The notes: a model not told the origin generated them from the sequence alone. DNA of 64,000 nucleotides from Candidatus Melainabacteria bacterium (GCA_016193285.1 JACPSL010000025.1:58523-122522), one strand, 5' to 3'; counted from the first letter of the stretch, positions 29,604-39,096 are shown. Numbers and translations: made by a program.

Positions 29604-30386
29604 TTATTCTACAATAATTATTGTTTTCCCAGATGGTGAGAACTTAAATTCAATACCTTCATTTTTTCTTGACAACACTTTTCTAAGAGCAATGTCAAAG
29701 TCTTGCCAATTTTGAACATTGTTTTGCATATCATTTGTAAAATCTATTTGCTCGGCAGACTCAAATGAATAACCTAGAATGTCGTTATCCACTAGTACAC
29801 GCCTTGGTATAACTCTAATATTTCCATTTTTACTTGTAGTAACTGCATAGTGTAGGTTCCCTCTCCATGTGCCTTCTCGATGAATAATCGTAAATATTGT
29901 TTTACCTGGCTCTGATTCACCTTTTAGTTCTCTTAGTTTAGGAGTTAGCTTTCTAAGTGAGCTTACTATATCAGATGTATCAAGACCATTAATTTGATAT
30001 TCTTTTAAAGCTAAAGCAGCAGCTATCAATTCTAATACGCTTGGATCAAGGGGCGCTCTTTCATGTGTGGCGTTCTCGCAGCTTTTTAAAAATGACCAAA
30101 ATTCCTCATACCTACCATACCTATCAGCTGCGTCCTGAAAACTAATATGAATTCTTTCAAGTTCTTTTTTTGCTTCGTTTAAGTTAGTTATTTGTTCTTT
30201 TGTTTCACTAGTTGTTTCTGCTCTACTCTTGAATTTGTCAGTTGTTGACTTGCTGAATATTGTATATGAGTCAGGAGTTGGCTTTAATATTCCTGATGGT
30301 TTTGGTTTCCCTTCTTCTTTTTTCTGTGCCTGCCCAACAGCTAGTGAGGGAAGCATGTTGTGTGTCATTAATGATACTGAATACAT
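29604..30386 (-). CDS. hypothetical protein (last gene of the caspase-like operon)
   Basis: A 260-aa ORF; no motif recognised. Confidence 0.5.
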   Translation of the reverse strand: MYSVSLMTHNMLPSLAVGQAQKKEEGKPKPSGILKPTPDSYTIFSKSTTDKFKSRAETTSETKEQITNLNEAKKELERIHISFQDAADRYGRYEEFWSFLKSCENATHERAPLDPSVLELIAAALALKEYQINGLDTSDIVSSLRKLTPKLRELKGESEPGKTIFTIIHREGTWRGNLHYAVTTSKNGNIRVIPRRVLVDNDILGYSFESAEQIDFTNDMQNNVQNWQDFDIALRKVLSRKNEGIEFKFSPSGKTIIIVE

Positions 30387-30480
30387 AAAAAATCAGCTCC
30401 TAGAAATACAATGCTTGTATGCAAATAAATTTGATAATGGTACAAAACTAACAGGTTCTTTAGTTCAAAAAACTGCACAT

Positions 30481-32274
30481 TTATGCAGCAATAATTTCTT
30501 CATTAATTGTTAATCTTTGATTCAATGGATTTAAATTGTTTATTAACTTAATCTTAACTGGTTTTTTATCGGGGGGTTGTTCTGTAGAGTATTGAATCAC
30601 TTTAGCGTTTTGTTTGTATTTGCTGTAATGTGCTAACTTTTTTACAGTGTGCATAGCATGAAAAATATTTCCAAAGGATGGATTTAAAGGCTCATTTCTT
30701 ATTCTCTGGTATTTTAAAAACTTATAATACCAGGATAAATAATAGTTAAATGCTGAAGATCTATCTTCACCATCAAACCCTTTCATGCTGTGATTAACGA
30801 CTAATGCTTCTTTTGCAGTTAAGGCAGCATATGACTCTCCATCTCCTGAAGAAGAAGTAATTATCGTCACATCTTTTACAGGAAGCTGCTTATTTCCAAT
30901 CTTAAAGTTTTGCAAGCAAGCAATTATTTTATCACCTTGAATTTCAGATCTACATGAGTCTGCAATTATAACAAACTTCATGCTCTTACAAAGTGGTCCA
31001 CCATTATCATCTAAGCTTGCAATTGCTTTTGCAATCTCTTCAGACGTAATATCACTGTCTGAAGCTTTTATACATCCATTCTTATCTCCATGCATATTAT
31101 AGTGAAATATGAAGGTTGTTTTACCACTAGCTTTTGCATTGTTTGCAGCTTTTATAAATCTATCTAAGATATTTTTTTTTGTAGCTGTTAAAGCTTTTGG
31201 TAAGGAACCATCTTTAACTTGTGGTAGTTCATCCCATATCCCACGGTTTTCTACACAAACAGTAAAGTCACTAATATTAAAATTTTCTTTGTAAGTCATT
31301 CCTATTTCAGCAAGGTCGTTTTCTATCTCAACTAATTCTCCAGGCACACTTGCTAAGAAACAAGCCGTACTCCCATCTTTTGGAATGTCAATTTTATAAA
31401 AATTCTCCCAGGATAATTGTTGTCCCTTAAAATTATTAGTTTCTAATTTTATTTTTTGTTTAATAAGTTCAATTAACTCATCTTCTGTTTTTATGTTACT
31501 TAATTCTAGACAACTTAATCCAATAAAAACAGGCTCACTATTTTTACTTGTAAAGTTATTAGCTAAGATGAATTCAAACACTCTGTGTATATTTCCATCA
31601 CCATTAGATATTCCAATACATTCAAGAGGAATACCAGTATCTTCCTTAACCTTATTTAAAACTGCATCCAGATTAAAATTCTTATCATTTTCTTGAAGGA
31701 TTTCAGTGAGTGTTTTATTTAAGAATACTTGGGTTTCCTTAAATGTAACTGTTTTTTGAAGGTTATTCAAAATAGCTTTTAGTTTTTTTGCAGTAGAAAT
31801 TACTTCACTAGCATATGGTTCATATTCATATAAACTTTTTGCTTGGTTTTCAAGGATAAAGTTAGGATCTATCAGGGCTAATTTAAATGCTGCTTCTTTT
31901 CTTATTTCTCTTGCTTTTTTGCTGCCAAGAGTTTCTTCTAATTTTTTGTAGTCGGTAAATATTAATCTTGGATTTTTTTCAACAGATGCATCTATACCTT
32001 CTTTAGGTATTTTTTCTAATTCTTCTTGATTCTTCTTATTTATTTCAACAGCGTTTGTAAAAAAAACAGATTTTATGAATCTTCCAAGTAATATAAATGG
32101 TGAAAAAAGTATTTTTAGCATTTTTACGAAAGTGCTACTTTTATCTTCAAGTACTTGAACTGATTGATACTGAGAGTTATTGGATTTAGCAAGTAAGGAG
32201 TTATTATGAGAACTAACATGTTGCAGATTATTCTTGTCCTCAACTTGATTTCTAAATCTAAAGCTAATTTCCAT
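30481..32274 (-). CDS. caspase/metacaspase-like (clan CD, C14-type) cysteine protease-domain protein
   Basis: The C-terminal half has FIFHYNMHGDKNG ... (46 aa) ... FVIIADSCRSE. This is a His-Gly / Asp-Ser-Cys dyad with the spacing and flanking beta-strand pattern of metacaspases (FHYSGHG ... DSCHSG). Confidence 0.6.
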   Translation of the reverse strand: MEISFRFRNQVEDKNNLQHVSSHNNSLLAKSNNSQYQSVQVLEDKSSTFVKMLKILFSPFILLGRFIKSVFFTNAVEINKKNQEELEKIPKEGIDASVEKNPRLIFTDYKKLEETLGSKKAREIRKEAAFKLALIDPNFILENQAKSLYEYEPYASEVISTAKKLKAILNNLQKTVTFKETQVFLNKTLTEILQENDKNFNLDAVLNKVKEDTGIPLECIGISNGDGNIHRVFEFILANNFTSKNSEPVFIGLSCLELSNIKTEDELIELIKQKIKLETNNFKGQQLSWENFYKIDIPKDGSTACFLASVPGELVEIENDLAEIGMTYKENFNISDFTVCVENRGIWDELPQVKDGSLPKALTATKKNILDRFIKAANNAKASGKTTFIFHYNMHGDKNGCIKASDSDITSEEIAKAIASLDDNGGPLCKSMKFVIIADSCRSEIQGDKIIACLQNFKIGNKQLPVKDVTIITSSSGDGESYAALTAKEALVVNHSMKGFDGEDRSSAFNYYLSWYYKFLKYQRIRNEPLNPSFGNIFHAMHTVKKLAHYSKYKQNAKVIQYSTEQPPDKKPVKIKLINNLNPLNQRLTINEEIIAA

Positions 32275-32352
32275 AATTAAAAAGATATGTTTAGGATTTT
32301 TATCCTAATATTTACAAAGTAAAAAGAAATTAATTTTTGATAATTTTTATGA

Positions 32353-33378
32353 TTAAGTGTTTTGAGTAACGTAATTCCAGGTAGGTGTAAATATCTTATC
32401 CTTTATAGCATTGCCAGCAAATTGATTTAAAAGTCCACCAGCACAAATTCCAGTGCATATTGTAAGCCCAATTGCTACCCAACCTACAGGGCTTATTAAA
32501 GCAAATGCTGCAGCTATTCCAAGTCCACACAAAGCTATATTTGTCCAAGCTTCACTAGTTCGCCCACCGTGAAATTTATTAACAATGCCAGCTATTTCAA
32601 AACCTGCTCCAAGTACTGACGCAATACCACCTAACCATTTAAGAGTACCTGCAAAAAATCCTTTCCATGAAGCTCCTGTTCCATTGATCGCTCGTCCTAC
32701 CAATGTTCTAGTCGACCATAACTTTTTATCATAAGATGCCAATTTAAATGCTTTATCAGCACCCATATATTTAGCTCTTTCGAAACCACTTGCAATTCCA
32801 CCTAGTTGAGCCATATTTACAGGATGAGTAAAAGCATCTCTTGCATTAGTACCTTTAAGAGTTTGTATAATGTCGTACTTATCTAATAAGAAATCTGGAT
32901 CTTTTATATGATCTTGTATGAGTTTGCATATTTTTAAGAAGTCTTCAGCATTAGATATTTTAAAGTTGCTTGCTAGTTCTTCTAACTTTTCTTTATTATA
33001 TTTTTTGTCTTCATCAAGGTTATCATAATTATCCTGTTCAGTATTTTTTCCTAACTGATCAATTATGTTACCTATTTGAATTACATCGAGCTTTCCACCT
33101 GTTACAGTATAAAAATGTTCTGCAAGAGATCTCATTTCTCTTTTATCTCGTTCTATTTGTCCATTAAGTTCTAAGAGTCCTTGATTATCTCTGGGTATTC
33201 CAATAAGAGCTGACTGAATAGCACTTTCTCTTGCAGTATAGCTTAAGCCTTTTTTGTTTTTATATGCTTCTCTTAGTTTTGCTAATTTAGGTTCAACATC
33301 ACTACCACCATCTCCAAGAGCTGTACTTGTTCTTCTACTACTACCAGTACGTGGTACAAGTATTTTAAGTATTATCAT
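32353..33378 (-). CDS. glycine-zipper membrane protein (soluble N-domain plus C-terminal 2-3 TM Gly/Ala-zipper helices)
   Basis: C-terminus LGGIASVLGAGFEIAG...RTSEAWTNIALCGLGIAAAFALISPVGWVAIGLTICTGICAGG...KDKIF; paralogous to the C-terminal domain of 37321..38121. Confidence 0.55.
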   Translation of the reverse strand: MIILKILVPRTGSSRRTSTALGDGGSDVEPKLAKLREAYKNKKGLSYTARESAIQSALIGIPRDNQGLLELNGQIERDKREMRSLAEHFYTVTGGKLDVIQIGNIIDQLGKNTEQDNYDNLDEDKKYNKEKLEELASNFKISNAEDFLKICKLIQDHIKDPDFLLDKYDIIQTLKGTNARDAFTHPVNMAQLGGIASGFERAKYMGADKAFKLASYDKKLWSTRTLVGRAINGTGASWKGFFAGTLKWLGGIASVLGAGFEIAGIVNKFHGGRTSEAWTNIALCGLGIAAAFALISPVGWVAIGLTICTGICAGGLLNQFAGNAIKDKIFTPTWNYVTQNT

Positions 33379-33502
33379 AATATTCTCCTAAAATAATATT
33401 TTGTTATTCACTACATACAAAGCAATATGTTGTAGTTAGTTGATAGGAGATTATTGAAAGGGAGCAAGATTTATTGTTAACAAACTTATAACTAATTTGT
33501 TC

Positions 33503-35800
33503 TTATTTTTCTTTAGGATCAAATCGTCTGTCATTCACAGATATAGGTATGTTTAAATATTTATTATGTTCATTTTGAGGGACGCCAGCAGCAACAAGTG
33601 TGTTACGGTCAAATTTTTGTGTTGGATGGAGTAATTCGTGTTGTTCTTGATCGTCCTGATCCTTCTTTGTTGGAACAAGTCTTTCAATACTATCTTTTAC
33701 TAGATATGCCCAGGAGTAAGATGCTGCCCTATTTAATGATTCTGTTGGCAAAGGATAAACATGAGGTCTTCCAGCAAAAAGTTTTAATTCGTCTGTTTCT
33801 CCTTTTTCTTTACGGTGTGCTATTAATATCTTTATACAGTCTAAAAGCCTAAGAGCTGTTTTATTGTCAGGATTATTTTCATCTTTTATATTTTCATCAT
33901 TAATTTTGCTTTCATCTGGTGCTTTAAGATCTACTTTTAATGTTTCTGAAATATCTTTTAAAAGACAATCAGTTTTAACTACATATTCTTTAAAATGACT
34001 TGGTTTGTTGTTTGTATCAAGAACAGCTATTAGAATAGTACACCAATCATCTCTGTAATAAACTTTTACTCTTAAATTATTATGGTTAAATGCTGGCAAT
34101 GATTTACCTAGTACTGATCCTATTTTCTCTTCTAGTTTTTTTTCATCTGTTGTTGTTTCGTAGATATTCTCTGGCAATTTAATTGAACCTACAAATTCTT
34201 TGTCTAAATCTTTTCTTTTTTTTCTACTTAACGCAGAATCAAACGAACTTCTTAATTCCTCTCCATCTTTACCTTGAATCTCCCTTATATAGCCACTTTT
34301 TAAATCTGCCAAATCTCCTGCAAAAATAACTTTTCTACTTCTCTTCTCTTGTATTTTAAATGCTTCAAGAATATCTTGATTTGGGTCAGTAGTAGCTTTT
34401 ATAAAAACTACATGCTCAATAAATAATTTTCTTAGCTTTTCTGTTGTATCATCATTGTCATTGCTCTTTAATTTCGATTTTTCATCCTTATCTATTATTT
34501 TGGCCTTCTCTAGCTCATCTAGAAATTTATCTTTAGTAAATGTAATTGAATAAGCTTGGTAGTTTCCTGCTGCATCTTTTTTCCAGATTAGCGATTCACA
34601 GCATAGAGTCTCACTTGGAGTACCTTCACTAGTCTTAAAAGTGGAAAGTGTAATTCTGTATTCATCTTCATTAATAAACGGCGGCCTTCTATTTGGTGGA
34701 ATATTTGTAGTCGAAGATTTTGGGTAACCTTTTAAATAATCATTAACTACTGGATTATTTTTTTCAATCTTAACTTGTGAAATAGATTCTGGTCTATAGC
34801 TAGAATCTGTTGATTTTCTGTATAGATCTTCGTATGTTGTACTTTCTATAAATTTTGCACCATCTTGAGCTAGTTGTTCTTGATCATCACTAGCTACATA
34901 TGTTTTATACAATAGCTCTGTAAACCTCTGATGTCCATTTTTAAATTCAACTTCACTACCAGGAGGGCGATAACTTCTGCCTGTTGGGCTTAAAAATATT
35001 ACATTTTTAACCTTGTCCTGCTCAGATGAGTTGACAGCTAAATCCTCAAATTCCCTAGTCCCCCACAACGCAATTTTTATTTTTTTATCAGGATCAGTTG
35101 ATCCAAAATATTCAATTGTCTGTTTAGCTTTAGCTAATGGAATAATAATTTGTCTGTTTTCTTTTTTACTAGAAAAGTTTTCATCTCCTACTATGTAGTG
35201 TATATCCTTTCTGTCTACTATCCACGCTGTTACAGTCTGTAGTGTTTTACCTTCTCTATCTTTTACTTTATAAGTACCAAGACTTATAACATTTGAATCT
35301 TCTTCATGTGGAGTTTCTTTTTTGTATCGATTTATGTGTGCTAATAGATCTCTTGGGGTGTCTGTTTTTTCAAGCCTTACAATTATTTCAGGTTTAGGAG
35401 GAGAAGGTCTTGTATCTGATGGTGGAGCTGGTTTTGGAGTAGTGCTACCAGTAGAAGAGTCCTCTATCAGCTTTCCATCTTTTGACAAATTTAATAACTC
35501 TAGTACATTTTTCTTTTGCTCATTGCTTAGAGATGATTCTCCTAAATGTCTAATGTAATCAAAATAAAGATTTTGTTTTGAACTAAATTCATCTTTTGTA
35601 ATAAGAATTTGGTTAAAGTTACTAAGATGACCAATACTTAAAGCAGCTTTTAATTCTTCTGTGGTAAGTAGTCCATCTTTTTTTCCAACTACCTTACCAG
35701 AGCGATCCAGTATTCCAATTGAAAGATCAGTTTTTAATAGCTGTTGTATTTTTTCTATTCTTTGTTGTATAGAAGGAGTTGTTGTAGCAGGTGGATCCAT
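33503..35800 (-). CDS. large hypothetical protein with a Pro/Thr-rich linker
   Basis: A 765-aa ORF with a low-complexity linker (STGSTTPKPAPPSDTRPSPPKPE); no catalytic motif recognised. Confidence 0.5.
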   Translation of the reverse strand: MDPPATTTPSIQQRIEKIQQLLKTDLSIGILDRSGKVVGKKDGLLTTEELKAALSIGHLSNFNQILITKDEFSSKQNLYFDYIRHLGESSLSNEQKKNVLELLNLSKDGKLIEDSSTGSTTPKPAPPSDTRPSPPKPEIIVRLEKTDTPRDLLAHINRYKKETPHEEDSNVISLGTYKVKDREGKTLQTVTAWIVDRKDIHYIVGDENFSSKKENRQIIIPLAKAKQTIEYFGSTDPDKKIKIALWGTREFEDLAVNSSEQDKVKNVIFLSPTGRSYRPPGSEVEFKNGHQRFTELLYKTYVASDDQEQLAQDGAKFIESTTYEDLYRKSTDSSYRPESISQVKIEKNNPVVNDYLKGYPKSSTTNIPPNRRPPFINEDEYRITLSTFKTSEGTPSETLCCESLIWKKDAAGNYQAYSITFTKDKFLDELEKAKIIDKDEKSKLKSNDNDDTTEKLRKLFIEHVVFIKATTDPNQDILEAFKIQEKRSRKVIFAGDLADLKSGYIREIQGKDGEELRSSFDSALSRKKRKDLDKEFVGSIKLPENIYETTTDEKKLEEKIGSVLGKSLPAFNHNNLRVKVYYRDDWCTILIAVLDTNNKPSHFKEYVVKTDCLLKDISETLKVDLKAPDESKINDENIKDENNPDNKTALRLLDCIKILIAHRKEKGETDELKLFAGRPHVYPLPTESLNRAASYSWAYLVKDSIERLVPTKKDQDDQEQHELLHPTQKFDRNTLVAAGVPQNEHNKYLNIPISVNDRRFDPKEK

Positions 35801-35805
35801 AGTTA

Positions 35806-36933
35806 TTAATTTGTAAGTGGAACAAAATTTCTTACTCCTTTACCTTCTGTATGTTCAACTTCAGCAATACTTCCATCAATAAGATTAGTAATTGTTTTAT
35901 CACTTGCACTAATACTTAAAACTAAGTCTTGCATAAGATTCATACCTCTTTCCCTAAGTGAAATTAATTTATTATAAAAATCTTCTCCAAATCTTTCTAT
36001 GACAGAATTTTTACCGGCAGGGCGTTGAAGGTAGTCATCTTGTCCAAGAAATATAGCTTTTTTGTTTTTAATTTCGTTTGCATTTTCTCCTTTTAAAGTG
36101 AGAGCTGAAACAAAGTCAATTAATTTTTGACCTCTTAAAAATACATAGCCTTCATCTTTTTCTAATTTATCTAAGTAGTCTTGTTTATATGTTCCTCTAA
36201 ATGCAAGTCTTGTATTACGGGATGAGTCTTGGTCTGAGTACCATATTATAAAAGCAGGTTTATTTGTACCTTTTCTAATATAGTGAACTATTTTTACCTT
36301 ATTCCCAGCATCTACTGATTTGACATCTGATGGTTTAGTCCCTTCTGCAATATCAGTATCTATTGCTCTTTTTATATCATCAGGTATAGTTCCTGCTGGT
36401 GTTGCACTTGTTGATGTTACAGTATCTGCTGGTTTTATTTTCTTAATTAGATCTTCTAATTTTGTAAGTATTGCTTTTTGATCACCAGTTAAATCAGTAG
36501 CTGCTTTAAGCTTGTCAATTAAGTCAAGAAGTTTTTCTTCAGCTTCTTTATTCTTAAAACTAAAACTACCGTCCGGATTTCTAACAATTAATCTTTGTGA
36601 AATTAGTATGACTACTGGTTCCACAAAGCCCGGGAAAATTTTGCTTAAGAATTCTTTAGCTTGATTTATTTCCTCTGGAGTATAATTAAAGTCATCTGGC
36701 TCGAGAGTTTCATTTGCACCTCTTTTTGCAATTTTTTTAACTCTTTCTTGATCTACTTCATTAGTACCTCCTGCTTTGATAAAGCGATCAACATTCTTGT
36801 TCAGTTGATCATACAGTGCTCCTTGGGCAGGATTAGTCTTTTTTTCTTCTTCAATCTTATTTTGAAATTCTTTCTTACTAGTAGGTTTTCCTGCGTTAAA
36901 TAATTTACTGATTAAATCTAATGTTAAACCCAT
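35806..36933 (-). CDS. hypothetical protein (first gene of the minus-strand operon)
   Basis: A 375-aa ORF, 5 nt upstream of the next gene. Confidence 0.5.
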   Translation of the reverse strand: MGLTLDLISKLFNAGKPTSKKEFQNKIEEEKKTNPAQGALYDQLNKNVDRFIKAGGTNEVDQERVKKIAKRGANETLEPDDFNYTPEEINQAKEFLSKIFPGFVEPVVILISQRLIVRNPDGSFSFKNKEAEEKLLDLIDKLKAATDLTGDQKAILTKLEDLIKKIKPADTVTSTSATPAGTIPDDIKRAIDTDIAEGTKPSDVKSVDAGNKVKIVHYIRKGTNKPAFIIWYSDQDSSRNTRLAFRGTYKQDYLDKLEKDEGYVFLRGQKLIDFVSALTLKGENANEIKNKKAIFLGQDDYLQRPAGKNSVIERFGEDFYNKLISLRERGMNLMQDLVLSISASDKTITNLIDGSIAEVEHTEGKGVRNFVPLTN

Positions 36934-36986
36934 GACTTTCCCTCCAAATATTTATACATTTATAGAAAGGAAAATATTAATTAAAA

Positions 36987-37028
36987 TTGACAGCTAAAAA
37001 AATATTAAACTTTGTAACTTGCTGTCAA
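36987..37028. promoter_or_regulatory. inverted repeat TTGACAGC-N26-GCTGTCAA in the divergent intergenic region
   Basis: Seen directly, ~55-95 nt upstream of the minus-strand operon start. Both arms are TTGACA -35-like hexamers facing outward. Confidence 0.35.
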
Positions 37029-37320
37029 TATTCTGTTTGCACTTACTTTGTAGTATCTGAGTAAGTAGAACCTCAAGTTCTATTTATTCTTAATACAGTT
37101 CTTACTTTGAATCTTAGTAGTTTTCTATTAAGGTCTTGAAGTAAACTTATTATTAAATCAAATATTTAAGCATAATATTTCTTTAGCTTAATAAAGCTAA
37201 ATGCAATTATAGATTGGTTTTGATAAGCTTATATGTTTAAGTATTTGATCTAAGGTTACTAGTTAATTAAGGTTAAGAAGTGATTAAGTAAAATTAAGTA
37301 AGAAGTAAAATAACAAAACA

Positions 37321-38121
37321 ATGTTTATATTAATAGCAGTTGTTGGAAAAGTTTTAACGATAGCAGCAGGAACTCCACTTGTAGCTTTTAAGAAAGCATT
37401 TAATGTTTTGACTGCAAGTAAAAGTGATATTCCTAAGTTATATTTAGAGGCTGAGCAAATGGCAGGCAAAGTGGCTATTGAAAAAGGATGGTTTGAATAT
37501 TTAGGTCATCTAATAGAAAGATTAGGTTATGGTATAAGAGCACAATTAGGTTTATATGGAATTGATAAGAATGGAGCTATTAAACATTTGTCTGAACTTT
37601 CAAGTGAATTTAAAGAGAAAGGTGGTTTACTGTCTGCTCTATCTAAAGGTTATCCTAAATTTGGAGAAGCTATGAAAGCTGCTACTACAGCTATTCCTGA
37701 GCTAGGAGGAAAAGCAATATTAGGTTTTAGAGGATTGGGAGCTATGGGTTTAGGTGCTCTTGGTGCTTTAGGAGTAGGTATATTTTCAATTGGTCTTATA
37801 ATTAGTTCTTATAGAGCAATAAATGCAAAAAGTAAAACGGAATGGGCAGGACCTGTAAAAACTACTACGTGGGATAAATTAACTACTTTGGCAGGACTAG
37901 CAGGTACTGCAGGTGCTGCAGCTTTATTTATTCCAGGAGCAAGTATAGCTTCGTTTGTCTTAATACCAGCTGCAGCAATAATGGCTGCTACTGGATTTGT
38001 CATGGATAAGATTTATAGTGGAACTACTTTTTATCATATGCCTGATCAGCTACCATATCCATTGAACGATGTAGCAAGATCAGTATTTAACGTAGATAGG
38101 CATATCCCTAGAATGCAATAA
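37321..38121 (+). CDS. glycine-zipper membrane protein, paralog of the 32353..33378 C-terminus
   Basis: GLGAMGLGALGALGVGIFSIGLII...KSKTEWAG...LAGLAGTAGAAALFIPGASIASFVLIPAAAIMAATGFVMDKIY. Confidence 0.55.
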   Translation: MFILIAVVGKVLTIAAGTPLVAFKKAFNVLTASKSDIPKLYLEAEQMAGKVAIEKGWFEYLGHLIERLGYGIRAQLGLYGIDKNGAIKHLSELSSEFKEKGGLLSALSKGYPKFGEAMKAATTAIPELGGKAILGFRGLGAMGLGALGALGVGIFSIGLIISSYRAINAKSKTEWAGPVKTTTWDKLTTLAGLAGTAGAAALFIPGASIASFVLIPAAAIMAATGFVMDKIYSGTTFYHMPDQLPYPLNDVARSVFNVDRHIPRMQ

Positions 38122-38155
38122 GTTTTGCTCTTGACATTAAAGTTAAAAATGTGTT

Positions 38156-38668
38156 ATGGTTGGATTAAAACCATATTTAAGATTTAAAAAAAGGTTGATA
38201 ATAAAAATGGATGTAGTTAGTTTATATGGCTCATATGTACAAGAAATAGTAATTCCAAAGTATCAGATTAATCAAAAACTTCTGAAAATGGTAGCTGCTA
38301 ATAAGTATGAAGAAATTGCTTCTCGTGAACTACCTAAATTGCATCGTGAAGCAAACAAACTTTCATTAGACTTAAAAGAAGCAGGAGGAGATCCAAAAAA
38401 AGCAAAAAAAGTAAAAAAACAACTAAGAGCCTTAGAAGTAAGAGCAAATAAACTAAATGAAATGTTTGCAGTTGTCAGTGACGATGAATTAGCAGCTGCT
38501 AAAGTAAATCCATCTAGAAAACAAGTTGAACAAATTATAAATGCTACTGTTGAATTAAATCAGCCTACTAAAAGTGAAACCCCACAAGAAAGTGTAAAAT
38601 CCCAAGTTGGTAAAAAATTAGTACGGGACAGCATGAATAATATTAAAAACAGTCAACAAGCTGCCTAA
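38156..38668 (+). CDS. hypothetical coiled-coil, lysine-rich protein
   Basis: ORF directly downstream of the Gly-zipper gene; the true start may be the internal MDVVSLY. Confidence 0.4.
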   Translation: MVGLKPYLRFKKRLIIKMDVVSLYGSYVQEIVIPKYQINQKLLKMVAANKYEEIASRELPKLHREANKLSLDLKEAGGDPKKAKKVKKQLRALEVRANKLNEMFAVVSDDELAAAKVNPSRKQVEQIINATVELNQPTKSETPQESVKSQVGKKLVRDSMNNIKNSQQAA

Positions 38669-38689
38669 ATTAGTTAGTTAGTTGAATGT

Positions 38690-38959
38690 TTAACTTCTTA
38701 AGAGACTAATTATACGTTCTAGAATTTTAAATCTATTTTCAATAAGCATGGATATAAGATTAACTCCTGCAGTTAAATATTTCATCTGAATTGTTAATGT
38801 GCCAATAGCTTTCTGTGCAATTGCTTTAGCTGTTGCGCTTGCAGTTGGATCCACTATAATCGCGTTATTCTGTGCAAGTTGTCCTTCAATTGTATTAGCT
38901 TCAGTCGTTACCCTTCCTAATTCACTACCTAAATCTAATCCGCCTACTGCTCCTGGCAT
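38690..38959 (-). CDS. hypothetical small Ala/Gly-rich protein
   Basis: An 89-aa ORF convergent with 38156..38668. Confidence 0.3.
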   Translation of the reverse strand: MPGAVGGLDLGSELGRVTTEANTIEGQLAQNNAIIVDPTASATAKAIAQKAIGTLTIQMKYLTAGVNLISMLIENRFKILERIISLLRS

Positions 38960-39096
38960 TGCTTTTCTCCTTTAATATAAGGTTCTTAAATAGTTGCTTA
39001 CCTTCAAGTTATACAAATATATTTGCTAAAAAAATTTGATAGCAAAATTTAAAACTTAATACTCTTACTTAAAAACAAGTTAAAGAATTAAAAATA

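Noticed and set aside
29604-30386. Possible Walker A (GESEPGKT) in the 260-aa last gene of the protease operon
   Set aside because: The motif is followed by a beta-strand-like IFTIIH rather than a helix, and has no Walker B or other NTPase context. It is probably a chance match.
38690-38959. The 89-aa Ala/Gly-rich protein as a double-glycine or NHLP-type leader peptide precursor (bacteriocin/lanthipeptide)
   Set aside because: There is no GG/GA cleavage motif in a leader-like position, no Cys/Ser/Thr-rich core, and no adjacent modifying enzyme or transporter.
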